DNA from: Anaerolineae bacterium
GTDB lineage: Bacteria; Chloroflexota; Anaerolineae; Epilineales; JAHCIE01
Assembly: GCA_046328505.1 (NCBI GenBank)
Contig: JAXLWL010000005.1
Location: 300,463 to 364,462 of the forward strand
Direction of reading: 5' to 3'
DNA: 64,000 nucleotides
The stretch's first letter is position 1; every line of letters begins with the position of its first letter. This document shows, in pieces, positions 8,672-17,251 of the stretch. The position numbers and the translations under genes are program-made. The notes under the pieces were generated by a model. The model was not told where the DNA came from. It saw only the letters and a program-made list of their open reading frames with translations, and did not search any database.

Positions 8672-10054
8672 ATGGATCACGCTCCGGCGACTCTGATCGA
8701 AAACGACCTGGCCCATCTGATTCACCCCCAGCATAATCGCCAGATGCATTTGGACTACGGTCCGCTTATCATCACCGAGGGCAAGGGCGCCACCCTGACG
8801 GACATCAACGGCAAGCGCTATGTCGACGCGCTGGCGGGTTTGTGGAACGTCTATGTCGGCTATGGCAACGAGGAGCTTGCCGAGGCGGCGGCCGCGCAGA
8901 TGAAGCAGCTGGCCTACTTCTCGGCGTACGTCGGTATCTCCAATATCCCGGTGATTGAGCTGGCGGCGAAGCTGGCGGAGATTGGTCCGGCGAGCCTGAA
9001 CGCGGTGTACTTCACCACGGCGGGCGCAGAGTCGAACGAGAGCGCCATCAAGACCGCGCGCTTCTACTGGAAGCAGAAGGGCTACGCCGACAAGACCCGC
9101 ATCATCTCGCGCCAGTTCGCCTATCACGGCGTCACGTCGCTGGCGAGCCAGGCGACGGGCATGCCCGCCTTCTGGAAGGGCTTCGAGCCGCACCCGCCGG
9201 GCTTCGTCCACGTCGTTTCGCCCTACCCGTATCGCTTCCCGGAGAACCTGCTCCAGGGGCGCGGTGTCGGTGAGCCGGCGGCCGACGCGATCGAGCAGGC
9301 AATCCTCGCCGAGGGGCCGGACCAGGTCGCGGCGGTCATCGGCGAGCCGATCATGGGCGCCGGCGGCGTCATCGTTCCGCCGGACGACTACTGGCCGCGC
9401 GTGCGGGCCATCTGCGACAAGTACAACGTGCTCCTTATCTCCGACGAGGTCATCTGTGGCTTTGGGCGCACGGGCAGCATGTGGGGCCTGGAAGGCTACG
9501 GCGTCCAGCCGGACCTGATGAGCTTCGCCAAGGGCGTCACCAGCGGCTACATACCTCTCGGCGGCGTGATGATGAACGACGAGATCGCCGGCGTGATTAA
9601 CGGCCTGCCCAAGCCGAGCCAGTGGATGCACGCCGCGACCTACTCCGGCCATCCGACGGCGTGCGCCGTTGCGCTCAAGAACCTGGAAATCCTGGAGCGC
9701 GATGGGCTGTACGAGCGCGCCAGGGTCATGGGCGAGAAGCTGCAGGCCAAGGTTCAGGCGCTGGCCGACCATCCGCTCGTGGGTGACGCGCGCGGTAAGG
9801 GTTTCATCGCCGGGCTGGAGCTGGTAAGCGACAAGAGCACGAAGGCGCCGGGTAGCCCCGAAGGGAAGCTGGCCGGGCGCGTCCGCGACGTAGCTCAGCG
9901 CAAGGGCGTTATCATCCGCGCCGTCCGCGACATCCTGTGCTTCGCTCCGCCGTTCGTGATAACCGACGAAGAGCTGGAATTCCTCTTCAGCGTGATTAGG
10001 GAGTCTCTCGACACGGTCGCCGAGGAAGTCCTGGCGCCAGCACAGCAGAAGTAA
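8672..10054 (+). CDS. Class III PLP aminotransferase (omega-amino acid/polyamine transaminase-like)
   Basis: YVDALAGLWNV, GAESNESAIK, AYHG, EPIMGAGG, DEVICGFGRTG, PDLMSFAKG, ATYSGHP. Confidence 0.9.
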   Translation: MDHAPATLIENDLAHLIHPQHNRQMHLDYGPLIITEGKGATLTDINGKRYVDALAGLWNVYVGYGNEELAEAAAAQMKQLAYFSAYVGISNIPVIELAAKLAEIGPASLNAVYFTTAGAESNESAIKTARFYWKQKGYADKTRIISRQFAYHGVTSLASQATGMPAFWKGFEPHPPGFVHVVSPYPYRFPENLLQGRGVGEPAADAIEQAILAEGPDQVAAVIGEPIMGAGGVIVPPDDYWPRVRAICDKYNVLLISDEVICGFGRTGSMWGLEGYGVQPDLMSFAKGVTSGYIPLGGVMMNDEIAGVINGLPKPSQWMHAATYSGHPTACAVALKNLEILERDGLYERARVMGEKLQAKVQALADHPLVGDARGKGFIAGLELVSDKSTKAPGSPEGKLAGRVRDVAQRKGVIIRAVRDILCFAPPFVITDEELEFLFSVIRESLDTVAEEVLAPAQQK

Positions 10055-10461
10055 TGGGAGTTAGTGTGAGCAATATCCCGAATTCGCACAAAGACTTGTT
10101 CGAGAAGCGCGCCTTCGGCCACTTCGCCACCGTCATGCCGGACGGTAGCCCGCAGGTGACGCCGGTCTGGGTGGACTACGATGGCGAGTACGTTCTGGTG
10201 AACACCGCCCAGGGACGCCAGAAGACGCGCAACATCCAGCGCGATGCGCGCGTTGCCCTGGAGATTACCGACCCTGACAACGCCTACCGCTACTTGCTCG
10301 TCCGCGGTCCGGTGGTCGAGGTGACCGCCGAGGGCGGCGACGCTCACATCGATAAGCTGTCAAAGAAATATACGGGGCGCGATACGTATGCTAGTCGCCG
10401 GCCCGGCGAGGTGCGTGTCATCATCAAGATCAAGCCGGAGGCTGTCACGGCACACGGCTAA
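10054..10461 (+). CDS. PPOX-class F420-dependent oxidoreductase
   Basis: ATVMPDGSPQVTPVW, GRQKTRNIQRDARVAL, IDKLSKKY, R..IKIKP. GTG at 10066 is an alternative start. Confidence 0.85.
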   Translation: MGVSVSNIPNSHKDLFEKRAFGHFATVMPDGSPQVTPVWVDYDGEYVLVNTAQGRQKTRNIQRDARVALEITDPDNAYRYLLVRGPVVEVTAEGGDAHIDKLSKKYTGRDTYASRRPGEVRVIIKIKPEAVTAHG

Positions 10462-10467
10462 GCCGCC

Positions 10468-10640
10468 ACTGTCGCCCTGAGCAACGCGGAGGACGCCAGA
10501 TGCGCCGGGATGTCTCGCCGAGATGAAGGCGCGGCTGTCGCCCTGAGTACAGCGAAGGGCCCCAGGGGTACCGGGATGCTTCGCTTCGCTCAGCATGACG
10601 TTTTCATACTTACGGGTGACTCAAGGGTCATGTAGACTAT
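10468..10640. repeat. Composite REP-like cluster
   Basis: gtcgccctgag...cgaagg and gatgcttcgcttcgctcagcatgac units, plus a ttttcatacttacgggtgactcaagggtca segment; approximately the reverse complement of 31875-32000. Confidence 0.75.
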
Positions 10641-10671
10641 GCTCAGCATGACAACTATAGGAGAAGTTCAC

Positions 10672-10935
10672 ATGTCGACTGATCTGGCAACCGAGTTCAC
10701 CGCAGCCGCTCAATCCGCTCAGTCGCTACCCAAGAAGCCGGACAACGCGACTCTGCTCCAGCTTTACAGTCTGTACAAGCAAGCGACCGTGGGCGATGCC
10801 TCCGGCAAGCGCCCCGGCTTTACCGACCCTGTCGGCCGCGCCAAGTACGATGCATGGGCAGGGCTTCAAGGCACGTCGAAGGACAAGGCGATGCAATCCT
10901 ACATCGACCTGGTTAATCGACTACAGAAAGCCTAG
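10672..10935 (+). CDS. Acyl-CoA-binding protein (ACBP)
   Basis: LLQLYSLYKQATVGD...PGFTDPVGRAKYDAW motif; GGAG SD before ATG 10672. Confidence 0.9.
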   Translation: MSTDLATEFTAAAQSAQSLPKKPDNATLLQLYSLYKQATVGDASGKRPGFTDPVGRAKYDAWAGLQGTSKDKAMQSYIDLVNRLQKA

Positions 10936-10937
10936 CG

Positions 10938-11008
10938 GTGTAGTACCCACGTGTCAGCGACTTCCAGTCGCTCTTGGATTTAGTAAGCGACTAGAAGTCG
11001 CCACTCCA
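10938..11008. repeat. Inverted pair of AGCGACT-loop-AGTCGC REP-like hairpins
   Basis: agcgacttccagtcgct ... agcgactagaagtcgccactcc; same family at 49974-50030 and 54583-54640. Confidence 0.7.
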
Positions 11009-11151
11009 TGTTCACCAACATTAGAGGCCGCCCCTCGGTTCGCCATTGAATGAGGGACGGCCTCGTCACATAACTCGCATATTCATTTTTCATTTAGACC
11101 AATTGCTCACAGCAAAAATGAATTGGCCAAATGGACTGTCGGGCAGGGGAA

Positions 11152-11310
11152 TCAGGGCATCCCTGGCACAATCGGGCCGGTGGAAGCAACCGGCATCTGC
11201 CACGAAGGTGTGTACATAACTGTGAGCACCAAAGCGGCGACAGCGATCAGGATGATGAGCCAGTTGATGTCAAATTCGCGCGTTCCCATGTGCATATGAG
11301 TGGTAAACAT
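11152..11310 (-). CDS. Small (52 aa) single-pass membrane protein
   Basis: Below the ORF-track cutoff. MFTTHMHMGTREFDINWLIILIAVAALVLTVMYTPSWQMPVASTGPIVPGMP, with AGAGG SD and an upstream promoter. Confidence 0.6.
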   Translation of the reverse strand: MFTTHMHMGTREFDINWLIILIAVAALVLTVMYTPSWQMPVASTGPIVPGMP

Positions 11311-11402
11311 CGCACAACCTCTCTTTGCGGGCGACCGAGCCGGGCTGGCCCACCCGACGTGAGCCTTTACCCATTACGCACTGCGTCAACCCTATATAGG
11401 CC

Positions 11403-11431
11403 ATTATACCCCATTTTCTCGTCAATTTCAA
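11403..11431 (-). promoter_or_regulatory. Sigma70-type promoter for the 52-aa ORF
   Basis: TTGAAA-N17-TATAAT on the minus strand. Confidence 0.6.
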
Positions 11432-11526
11432 GCGATTTGGGCACATAAGTGACGGAATTTTAGGACCACTTCTTGACCGGCTAATGCGGCCCAATCCCCT
11501 GCCGGTGCGGTCGCCTACCAAAATGC

Positions 11527-11573
11527 AGTGGCGGCTTCAACTGCTCCGGATTGGAGAGCGGTTGAAGCCGCCA
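11527..11573. repeat. Long hairpin of two GGCGGCTTCAAC-type units
   Basis: tggcggcttcaactgctcc ... gagagcggttgaagccgcca. Confidence 0.55.
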
Positions 11574-11619
11574 TGGTGCAATGCCCTATACCAAACGCTG
11601 CTAGAAAAGCTGCAAAGTC

Positions 11620-11770
11620 AGCATCATTGCGAGGAGGGCAGCTTCCGGGGGTGTGGGGGGCGAAGCTCCCCACGGACGAAGCAATCTGACCACGGGTACG
11701 GGCATCTTTACTTGGAGTAGGCTGCCGGTCGCGTGGGCGGGAGATTGCTTCGCTTCGCTCGCAATGACAG
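11620..11770. repeat. CGTC-type REP doublet downstream of thrS
   Basis: tcattgcgagg...gacgaagcaatct, spacer, then gagattgcttcgcttcgctcgcaatgac. Confidence 0.8.
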
Positions 11771-11811
11771 CCTTTCTATACACGCTTGGTATTAGTCTAC
11801 GACCGAGAGCC

Positions 11812-13631
11812 CTACAGCTCGCTCGACTTGCCCTGGACTAGCTCCTGGGCGTGGGCAATGAAGTCAGTCACGGGCACAGCGCCGCGGTCCTCGCCGGTGC
11901 GCACACGCACCGACACGGTGCCGTTCTCGGCCTCGCGGTTCCCAACGACGAGCATGTACGGCGTCTTCTGAAGCTGGGCGTCGCGGATCTTGGCCTGCAT
12001 GCGCTCCGGCCGCTGGTCGACCTCCGCCCGCAGACCAGCCGCCTTGAGCCGCGCCGCGACCTCCTGGGCATACGCCGCGTGGCGGTCGGTCACCGGGATG
12101 ATCACCGCCTGCACCGGCGACAGCCACAGCGGGAACGCGCCGGCGTAGTGCTCGATAAGCACGCCGAAGAAGCGCTCCATGCTGCCGAGCAGCGCGCGGT
12201 GTACCATGTACGGGCGGTGCTTGGCGCCGTCCTCGCCATCGTACTCCAGCCCGAACCGCTCGGACATGTTGAAGTCGAACTGGATGGTACTGAGCTGCCA
12301 CTCGCGGCCGAGGGCGTCGTGGACCTTGAGGTCGATCTTGGGGCCGTAGACGGGGCCGCGGCCGCGTCCACCTCGTACGGCAGATTGTGGGCCTCGATGG
12401 CCTTGCGCAGCGCCTCGGTCGCCATGTCCCAATCGGCCGGATCGCCGACGTACTTGTCGGGCCGGGTCGAGAGGTAGGCGGTGAAGTCGGTCAGGCCGAA
12501 GGAGCGCAGAACGTAGAGCGAGAACTCCAGCGCCCGCGCGATCTCCTCTTCCGCCTGGTCGGGCCGACAGAAGATGTGGGCGTCGTCCTGGGTGAAGCCG
12601 CGCACGCGGGTCAACCCGTGCAGCACGCCGCTGCGCTCGTAGCGGTAGACCGTTCCGTACTCCGCGTACCGGCGCGGCAGATCGAGGTACGAACGAGTCT
12701 TGCTCTTGTAGTTCTCGATGTGGAACGGGCAGTTCATCGGCTTGGCGTAGTACTCCTCGCCTTCGATGTCCATGGGCGAGTACATGTTCTCCTTGTAGAA
12801 CCCCAGGTGGCCGGAGGTCTGCCAGAGGAGAGCGCGGCCGATGTGCGGCGAGAACACCCACTCGTAGCCGTTGTCCAGGTGCGCCTGGCGGGCGAAGTCC
12901 TCGGCGATGACGCGGATGAGCGCGCCCTTCGGGTGCCACAGGATCAGGCCAGGGCCGACGTCCTCCGACACGCTGTACAGGTCCAGCTCGCGTCCCAGGC
13001 GGCGGTGGTCGCGGCGCTTGGCTTCCTCTAGCCGCCACAGGTATTGCTCCAGCTCCTCCGCGCTATCCCACGCGGTGCCGTAGATGCGCTGGAGCATCGG
13101 GTTCTTCTCGTTGCCGCGCCAATACGCGCCGGCGATGGACTGGAGCTTCAGTCCCGCCGGGTTGATATCGGCGGTGCTGGGAACGTGCGGCCCACGGCAC
13201 AGGTCCTCGAAGTCGCCGTCGCGGTAAGTCGACAGGACGACCGAGCCTTCCTTGACCGGCTCGCCGTACTCGTCCACTTCGCCCGCCAGCAGGTCGCGAA
13301 TGAGCTCCAGCTTGTACGGCTGGTCCTTGAATAGCTCGCGCGCCACCTCCGGGCTGACGACGCGGCGCTCGAAGGGGTAGCCGTCGGCGATGAGCTCGCG
13401 CATCCGCGCCTCGATCTTTTCCAGGTCTTCCGGCGTCAGTGGGCGCGGCAGGTCGAAGTCGTAGTAGAAGCCGTTCTCGATGGGCGGCCCAATGCCCAGC
13501 TTGGCCTCCGGAAAGTAGTCCAGGACGGCTTGGGCCATGACGTGCGCCGCCGAGTGGCGCACGCGGTACAAATGATCGGCTTGCGACAGAGGCGCCTCGG
13601 CCTGCGCCGCGTCGCTAGATACCTGACTCAT
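11812..13631 (-). CDS. thrS: Threonyl-tRNA synthetase (short form lacking TGS domain), with an apparent 1-nt frameshift near 12350-12365
   Basis: [54 protein letters not shown] in one frame; YGPKID...[31 protein letters not shown] in another frame. Confidence 0.95.
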
Positions 13632-13662
13632 AAACGAACCTCCTCGTGTTCGACAAGTGCTC

Positions 13663-13950
13663 CAAAAACAAAAAACCCCTCGCCCCGCAGGGACGAGAGG
13701 AAGACTCCCGTGGTTCCACCCACATTCGACGGGCACATTCGCCCGCCCTCAGGGGCCGTTAACGGGGCCAAGCCGTCGGGGTTTACTGACCATGGAAACG
13801 GTGGTAACGACTTCAGTCGTCTCCCCACCCCCTGGTGTTCTGCCCGAGACTGGCAGGTGGTTTTCGTCGGGTGCTGTGCGGGCGGGGCTTCCAGTTTGCG
13901 ACCTCGCCTCCCTGGCGCCGCTCTCCCGAGTACTCGTCCTGCTCGTACGT
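13663..13950 (-). ncRNA. T-box riboswitch leader of thrS (Thr specifier ACC)
   Basis: Minus strand: Stem I with AGUA...GAA and specifier-loop ACC, T-box sequence AAUGUGGGUGGAACCACG, then a terminator hairpin with a U-tract. Confidence 0.9.
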
Positions 13951-13981
13951 CGTGCCTATATCGCGTATCTATCTGATAGAT

Positions 13982-14010
13982 ATTGTACCACGGTCTTACT
14001 CAACCGGCAA
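13982..14010 (-). promoter_or_regulatory. Sigma70-type promoter of the T-box/thrS unit
   Basis: TTGCCG-N17-TACAAT with an extended -10 TG. Confidence 0.55.
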
Positions 14011-14061
14011 AACCCCAACGGATGAGACGCCATCCACCGGACGATGTATAATTTACCAACT

Positions 14062-14180
14062 CTGTCATTGCGAGCGAACGCGAAGCAATCTCCTGCCCTG
14101 GTGAAGGACTGTCTGAGCTGGCGGGCCTTTCATCCACCGTGAGATTGCTTCGTCGTCCTGTCGTCCTCCTCGCAATGACT
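14062..14180. repeat. CGTC-type REP doublet upstream of the queuosine precursor transporter
   Basis: tgtcattgcgagcgaacgcgaagcaatctc ... gagattgcttcgtcgtcc...cctcgcaatgac. Confidence 0.8.
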
Positions 14181-14204
14181 CATAACCAAGGGGTGAATAC
14201 GTAA

Positions 14205-14900
14205 ATGGACAAGACACGCGAGACGCGGGTGGGTTACTCCATCTGGTTCGTCATCATCGTCGCCTTTTTCGTCACGTCGCTGATCGTCTCCAACATCATC
14301 GCGGTGAAGCTGGTGGATATCTTCGGCCTCATTCTGCCGGCTGCCGTCATTATCTTCCCCATCAGCTACATCTTCGGCGACATTCTGACCGAGGTGTACG
14401 GTTACTCCCAGGCGCGCAAGGTCATCTGGCTCGGCTTCCTATGCAACCTGTTCGCCGTCATCGCCATCATCATCGCCCAGCTTCTGCCCAGCGCGGGTTT
14501 CTGGGACGCGCAGCCGGCCTACGAGCGTATCCTCGGCTACGCCCCGCGCCTGCTCGTCGCTTCGTTCGCCGCCTATCTCGTCGGCGAGTTCGCCAACTCG
14601 TTCGTCCTCGCCAAGATGAAGGTGGCGACGGGCGGGCGCTGGCTGTGGACGCGCACGATCGGGTCGACGGTCATCGGCCAGGGCCTCGACTCCCTGGTGT
14701 TCATCACGATCGCGTTCGTCGGGACGATTCCGCCCGACGCCGTCATGCAGACCGTCGTGACCCAGTGGCTCTTCAAGTCGGTGTACGAGATCATCGCCAC
14801 GCCGCTGACGTACGTCATCGTCAACTTCCTAAAGCGGGTCGAGCGCAGTGACGTCTTCGACACCGACACTGATTTCAACCCGCTGGCCATGTCGGAGTAG
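14205..14900 (+). CDS. yhhQ: Queuosine precursor transporter (YhhQ/VUT family)
   Basis: FPISYIFGDILTEVYGY..AR..IWLGF, ASFAAYLVGEF, RTIGSTVIGQGLDSLVFITIAF. Confidence 0.9.
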   Translation: MDKTRETRVGYSIWFVIIVAFFVTSLIVSNIIAVKLVDIFGLILPAAVIIFPISYIFGDILTEVYGYSQARKVIWLGFLCNLFAVIAIIIAQLLPSAGFWDAQPAYERILGYAPRLLVASFAAYLVGEFANSFVLAKMKVATGGRWLWTRTIGSTVIGQGLDSLVFITIAFVGTIPPDAVMQTVVTQWLFKSVYEIIATPLTYVIVNFLKRVERSDVFDTDTDFNPLAMSE

Positions 14901-14909
14901 GAGGGATTT

Positions 14910-15242
14910 GTGGCAGCCGCCGTTAGCCCCGGAACGCGAGAATTGCTGCGCGAGTTTAGTGACCGTGTGCACGAGATGTACGGATCTCGCCTGGTACAGG
15001 TTATCCTGTTCGGGTCGCAGGCGCGTGGCGATGCATCCCCGGACTCTGCTGTCGATGTCGTCCTCGTCTTTCGTGACGATGTCGTGTCGGGACAGGAGAT
15101 CACACGGCTTGGGCCGCTGCTCGCCGAGCTGAACCTACGCTTCGAGCGGCTCATTTCTGTCGTTCCACACTCACTCGTCGAATACGAAACGAGGAATGAG
15201 CCGTTTCTGCGGCAGGTGCGCCGCGAGGGAGTAATGGTGTAG
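14910..15242 (+). CDS. Minimal nucleotidyltransferase (MNT) domain protein; orphan, first catalytic Asp substituted
   Basis: ILFGSQARGDASPDSAVDVVLV (canonical DSDxD), C-terminal F.RQVRREGV; GTG start with GGAGG SD. Confidence 0.8.
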   Translation: MAAAVSPGTRELLREFSDRVHEMYGSRLVQVILFGSQARGDASPDSAVDVVLVFRDDVVSGQEITRLGPLLAELNLRFERLISVVPHSLVEYETRNEPFLRQVRREGVMV

Positions 15243-15250
15243 TGGATGGT

Positions 15251-15613
15251 TTACGAACGTGGGGAGTCGTCGGCGTCGTCGAGGATGGCCTCAAGTAGAG
15301 GCCGCAACGTTGGCATGTCTTCGGTTGCTGTCTTCCATACGACAAGCAGGTTGACGCCGAAGTAATCGTGGATCAGCTTGTCGCGCATGCCTGCCATCTC
15401 GCGCCACGGGATTTCGGCGTAATCGGCTCGCACAGAGGGTGGGATTTGCTTTGTGGCTTCACCGACGATTTCGAGCGCTCGGACGACGGCAAACACCGTC
15501 TTATCATCCTGGCGGAACTCTTCGTAGGTCATGCCATGAACGAATTGCTCGGACTTCTCGATGGCGTCCAGAATGTCGTTCAGATAATCGAGATACGAGC
15601 GAGCCGCCGTCAT
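15251..15613 (-). CDS. hepT: HepT-like HEPN ribonuclease toxin (DUF86)
   Basis: YLNDILDAI, AVVRALEIVGEA, PWREMAGMRDKLIHDYFGV (RX4HXY motif intact). Confidence 0.9.
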   Translation of the reverse strand: MTAARSYLDYLNDILDAIEKSEQFVHGMTYEEFRQDDKTVFAVVRALEIVGEATKQIPPSVRADYAEIPWREMAGMRDKLIHDYFGVNLLVVWKTATEDMPTLRPLLEAILDDADDSPRS

Positions 15614-15912
15614 AGCATGATGACTTCTTCCAGGATGCGCTTCCCGACGTGTGGCTTGAGTGCATCCTTCATGACGAGATCGACCTTGACGCCAAGTAGG
15701 TCGGATAAATAGTTCTCTAGCGCGATATATCTGAGCAAGCCCGGAGTTTCGCGGAAGGTAACCAACAGGTCTAGATCGCTCTCGGGAGATTGCTCCTGGC
15801 GTGCGAATGAGCCGAAGACCCCAAGGGACTCAACGTCATACCGCTCAAGAAGCTCAGGCATGTGCTCCCGGATGATCTGAATCAGATGTTGGAGATCGAT
15901 CTTCGCTAGCAT
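15610..15912 (-). CDS. mntA: MntA-like nucleotidyltransferase antitoxin (HEPN/MNT pair)
   Basis: GVFGSFARQEQSPESDLDLLV, LG.KVDLV; 4-nt overlap with the HEPN gene. Confidence 0.9.
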   Translation of the reverse strand: MLAKIDLQHLIQIIREHMPELLERYDVESLGVFGSFARQEQSPESDLDLLVTFRETPGLLRYIALENYLSDLLGVKVDLVMKDALKPHVGKRILEEVIML

Positions 15913-15983
15913 ACCGTTCTATCCAGTGGGTTGCTGACCCTGTATGATATTATAACGTCGCAGAGTAGAAAAGGCATAGCGTT

Positions 15984-17129
15984 ATGACTTCACATAGTCG
16001 CGGCGGTACACGCGCCCTTGTCACCGGCGGCGCCGGCCTCATCGGCTCCCACATCGCCGACCTTCTCCTGCGCGAAGGCTGGTCCGTGCGTATCCTCGAC
16101 GCCCTGGAGCCGCAGACCCATCGCTTGGGCAAGCCCGTCTGGGTCCCCGCCGCCGCCGAGTTCGTCCAGGGCGACATCCGCGACACGGCGACGGTGCGCG
16201 CCGCCCTCGACGGCATCGACGTCGTTTTCCACGAGGCGGCCTACGGCGGCTACATGCCGGAGATGGGCAAGTACGTCCACGTCAACAGCTTCGGCACGGC
16301 GCAGATGCTGGAAATCATCCGCGACGAGAATCTGCCCGTGCGCAAGGTCGTCGTCGCGTCGTCCCAGGCCGTCTACTCCGAGGGCGCTATCCGCTGTCCC
16401 GAGCACGGCCTTGTCTTCCCTCCGACGCGGCCGCTGACCCAGCTCCAGGAAGGCGACTGGGAGGTGCATTGCCCGGTGTGCGGGCGTATCGGCGCGTCCG
16501 TCCCCACACCGGAGGAGTCGCCCATCGGCGGCGAGACCGTCTACGCCATCACCAAGGTCGACCAGGAGCGCCTCGTCCTGACCTGGGGCCGCCAGACGGG
16601 CATCCCCACCGTGGCTCTGCGCTACTCCTGCACCTACGGCCCGCGCCAGTCGGTGTTCAACCCGTACACCGGCGTCATCGCCATCTTCACCACGCGCCTG
16701 CTCAACGGCCAGCCGCCGGTACTGTACGAGGACGGACGGCAGACGCGCGACCTCTGCTTCGTGGAGGACATCGCCCGCGCCAATTTCCTGGCAGCGGCGA
16801 GCGACGCCCTGGACGGGCAAGCGGTGAATGTGGGCAGTGGGCACGCCGCGACGATTCGCCAGGTGGCGGAGATGGTGTCCGAGGCCGTAGGCGTCCGTAT
16901 CGAGCCAATCTGCCGCGGCGAGTTCCGTCCGGGCGAGATGCGCTACCTCACGTCGGACATCACAAAGGCACGGGCAATGGGCTACGCGCCGAGCGTCGAC
17001 CTGGCCGACGGTATCGCGCGCTACATGGCGTGGATCCGCACCCAGGGCGACATCCGCGAGTACTTCACCGCCGCCGAGGCCGTCCTGCGCCAGAAGCGCG
17101 TCGTGCAGCAGACAAGAGCGATGGGATAA
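15984..17129 (+). CDS. NAD-dependent epimerase/dehydratase (extended SDR)
   Basis: LVTGGAGLIGSH, YAITK (YxxxK), LRYSCTYGPRQ, DGRQTRDLCFVEDIA, RPGEMR. Confidence 0.9.
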   Translation: MTSHSRGGTRALVTGGAGLIGSHIADLLLREGWSVRILDALEPQTHRLGKPVWVPAAAEFVQGDIRDTATVRAALDGIDVVFHEAAYGGYMPEMGKYVHVNSFGTAQMLEIIRDENLPVRKVVVASSQAVYSEGAIRCPEHGLVFPPTRPLTQLQEGDWEVHCPVCGRIGASVPTPEESPIGGETVYAITKVDQERLVLTWGRQTGIPTVALRYSCTYGPRQSVFNPYTGVIAIFTTRLLNGQPPVLYEDGRQTRDLCFVEDIARANFLAAASDALDGQAVNVGSGHAATIRQVAEMVSEAVGVRIEPICRGEFRPGEMRYLTSDITKARAMGYAPSVDLADGIARYMAWIRTQGDIREYFTAAEAVLRQKRVVQQTRAMG

Positions 17130-17136
17130 ATAAGCG

Positions 17137-17164
17137 ACAGGCCCGCCAGTACCGGCGGGCCTGT
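17137..17164. terminator. Hairpin between convergent epimerase and S8 protease genes
   Basis: acaggcccgcc-agtacc-ggcgggcctgt; a related hairpin lies downstream of the paralog at 21223-21250. Confidence 0.7.
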
Positions 17165-17251
17165 GACTTGGGTCATGTAGGGTCGGGTTTCAACCCCGAC
17201 TTGTGGCGTCGTGTATGGGCAGGTGTCACACCCGCCCATACGGCTTAGGAA

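Noticed and set aside
11812-13631. thrS as a true pseudogene or programmed frameshift
   Set aside because: There is one local lesion, intact regulation, no other decay and no slippery heptamer; an assembly error is more parsimonious.
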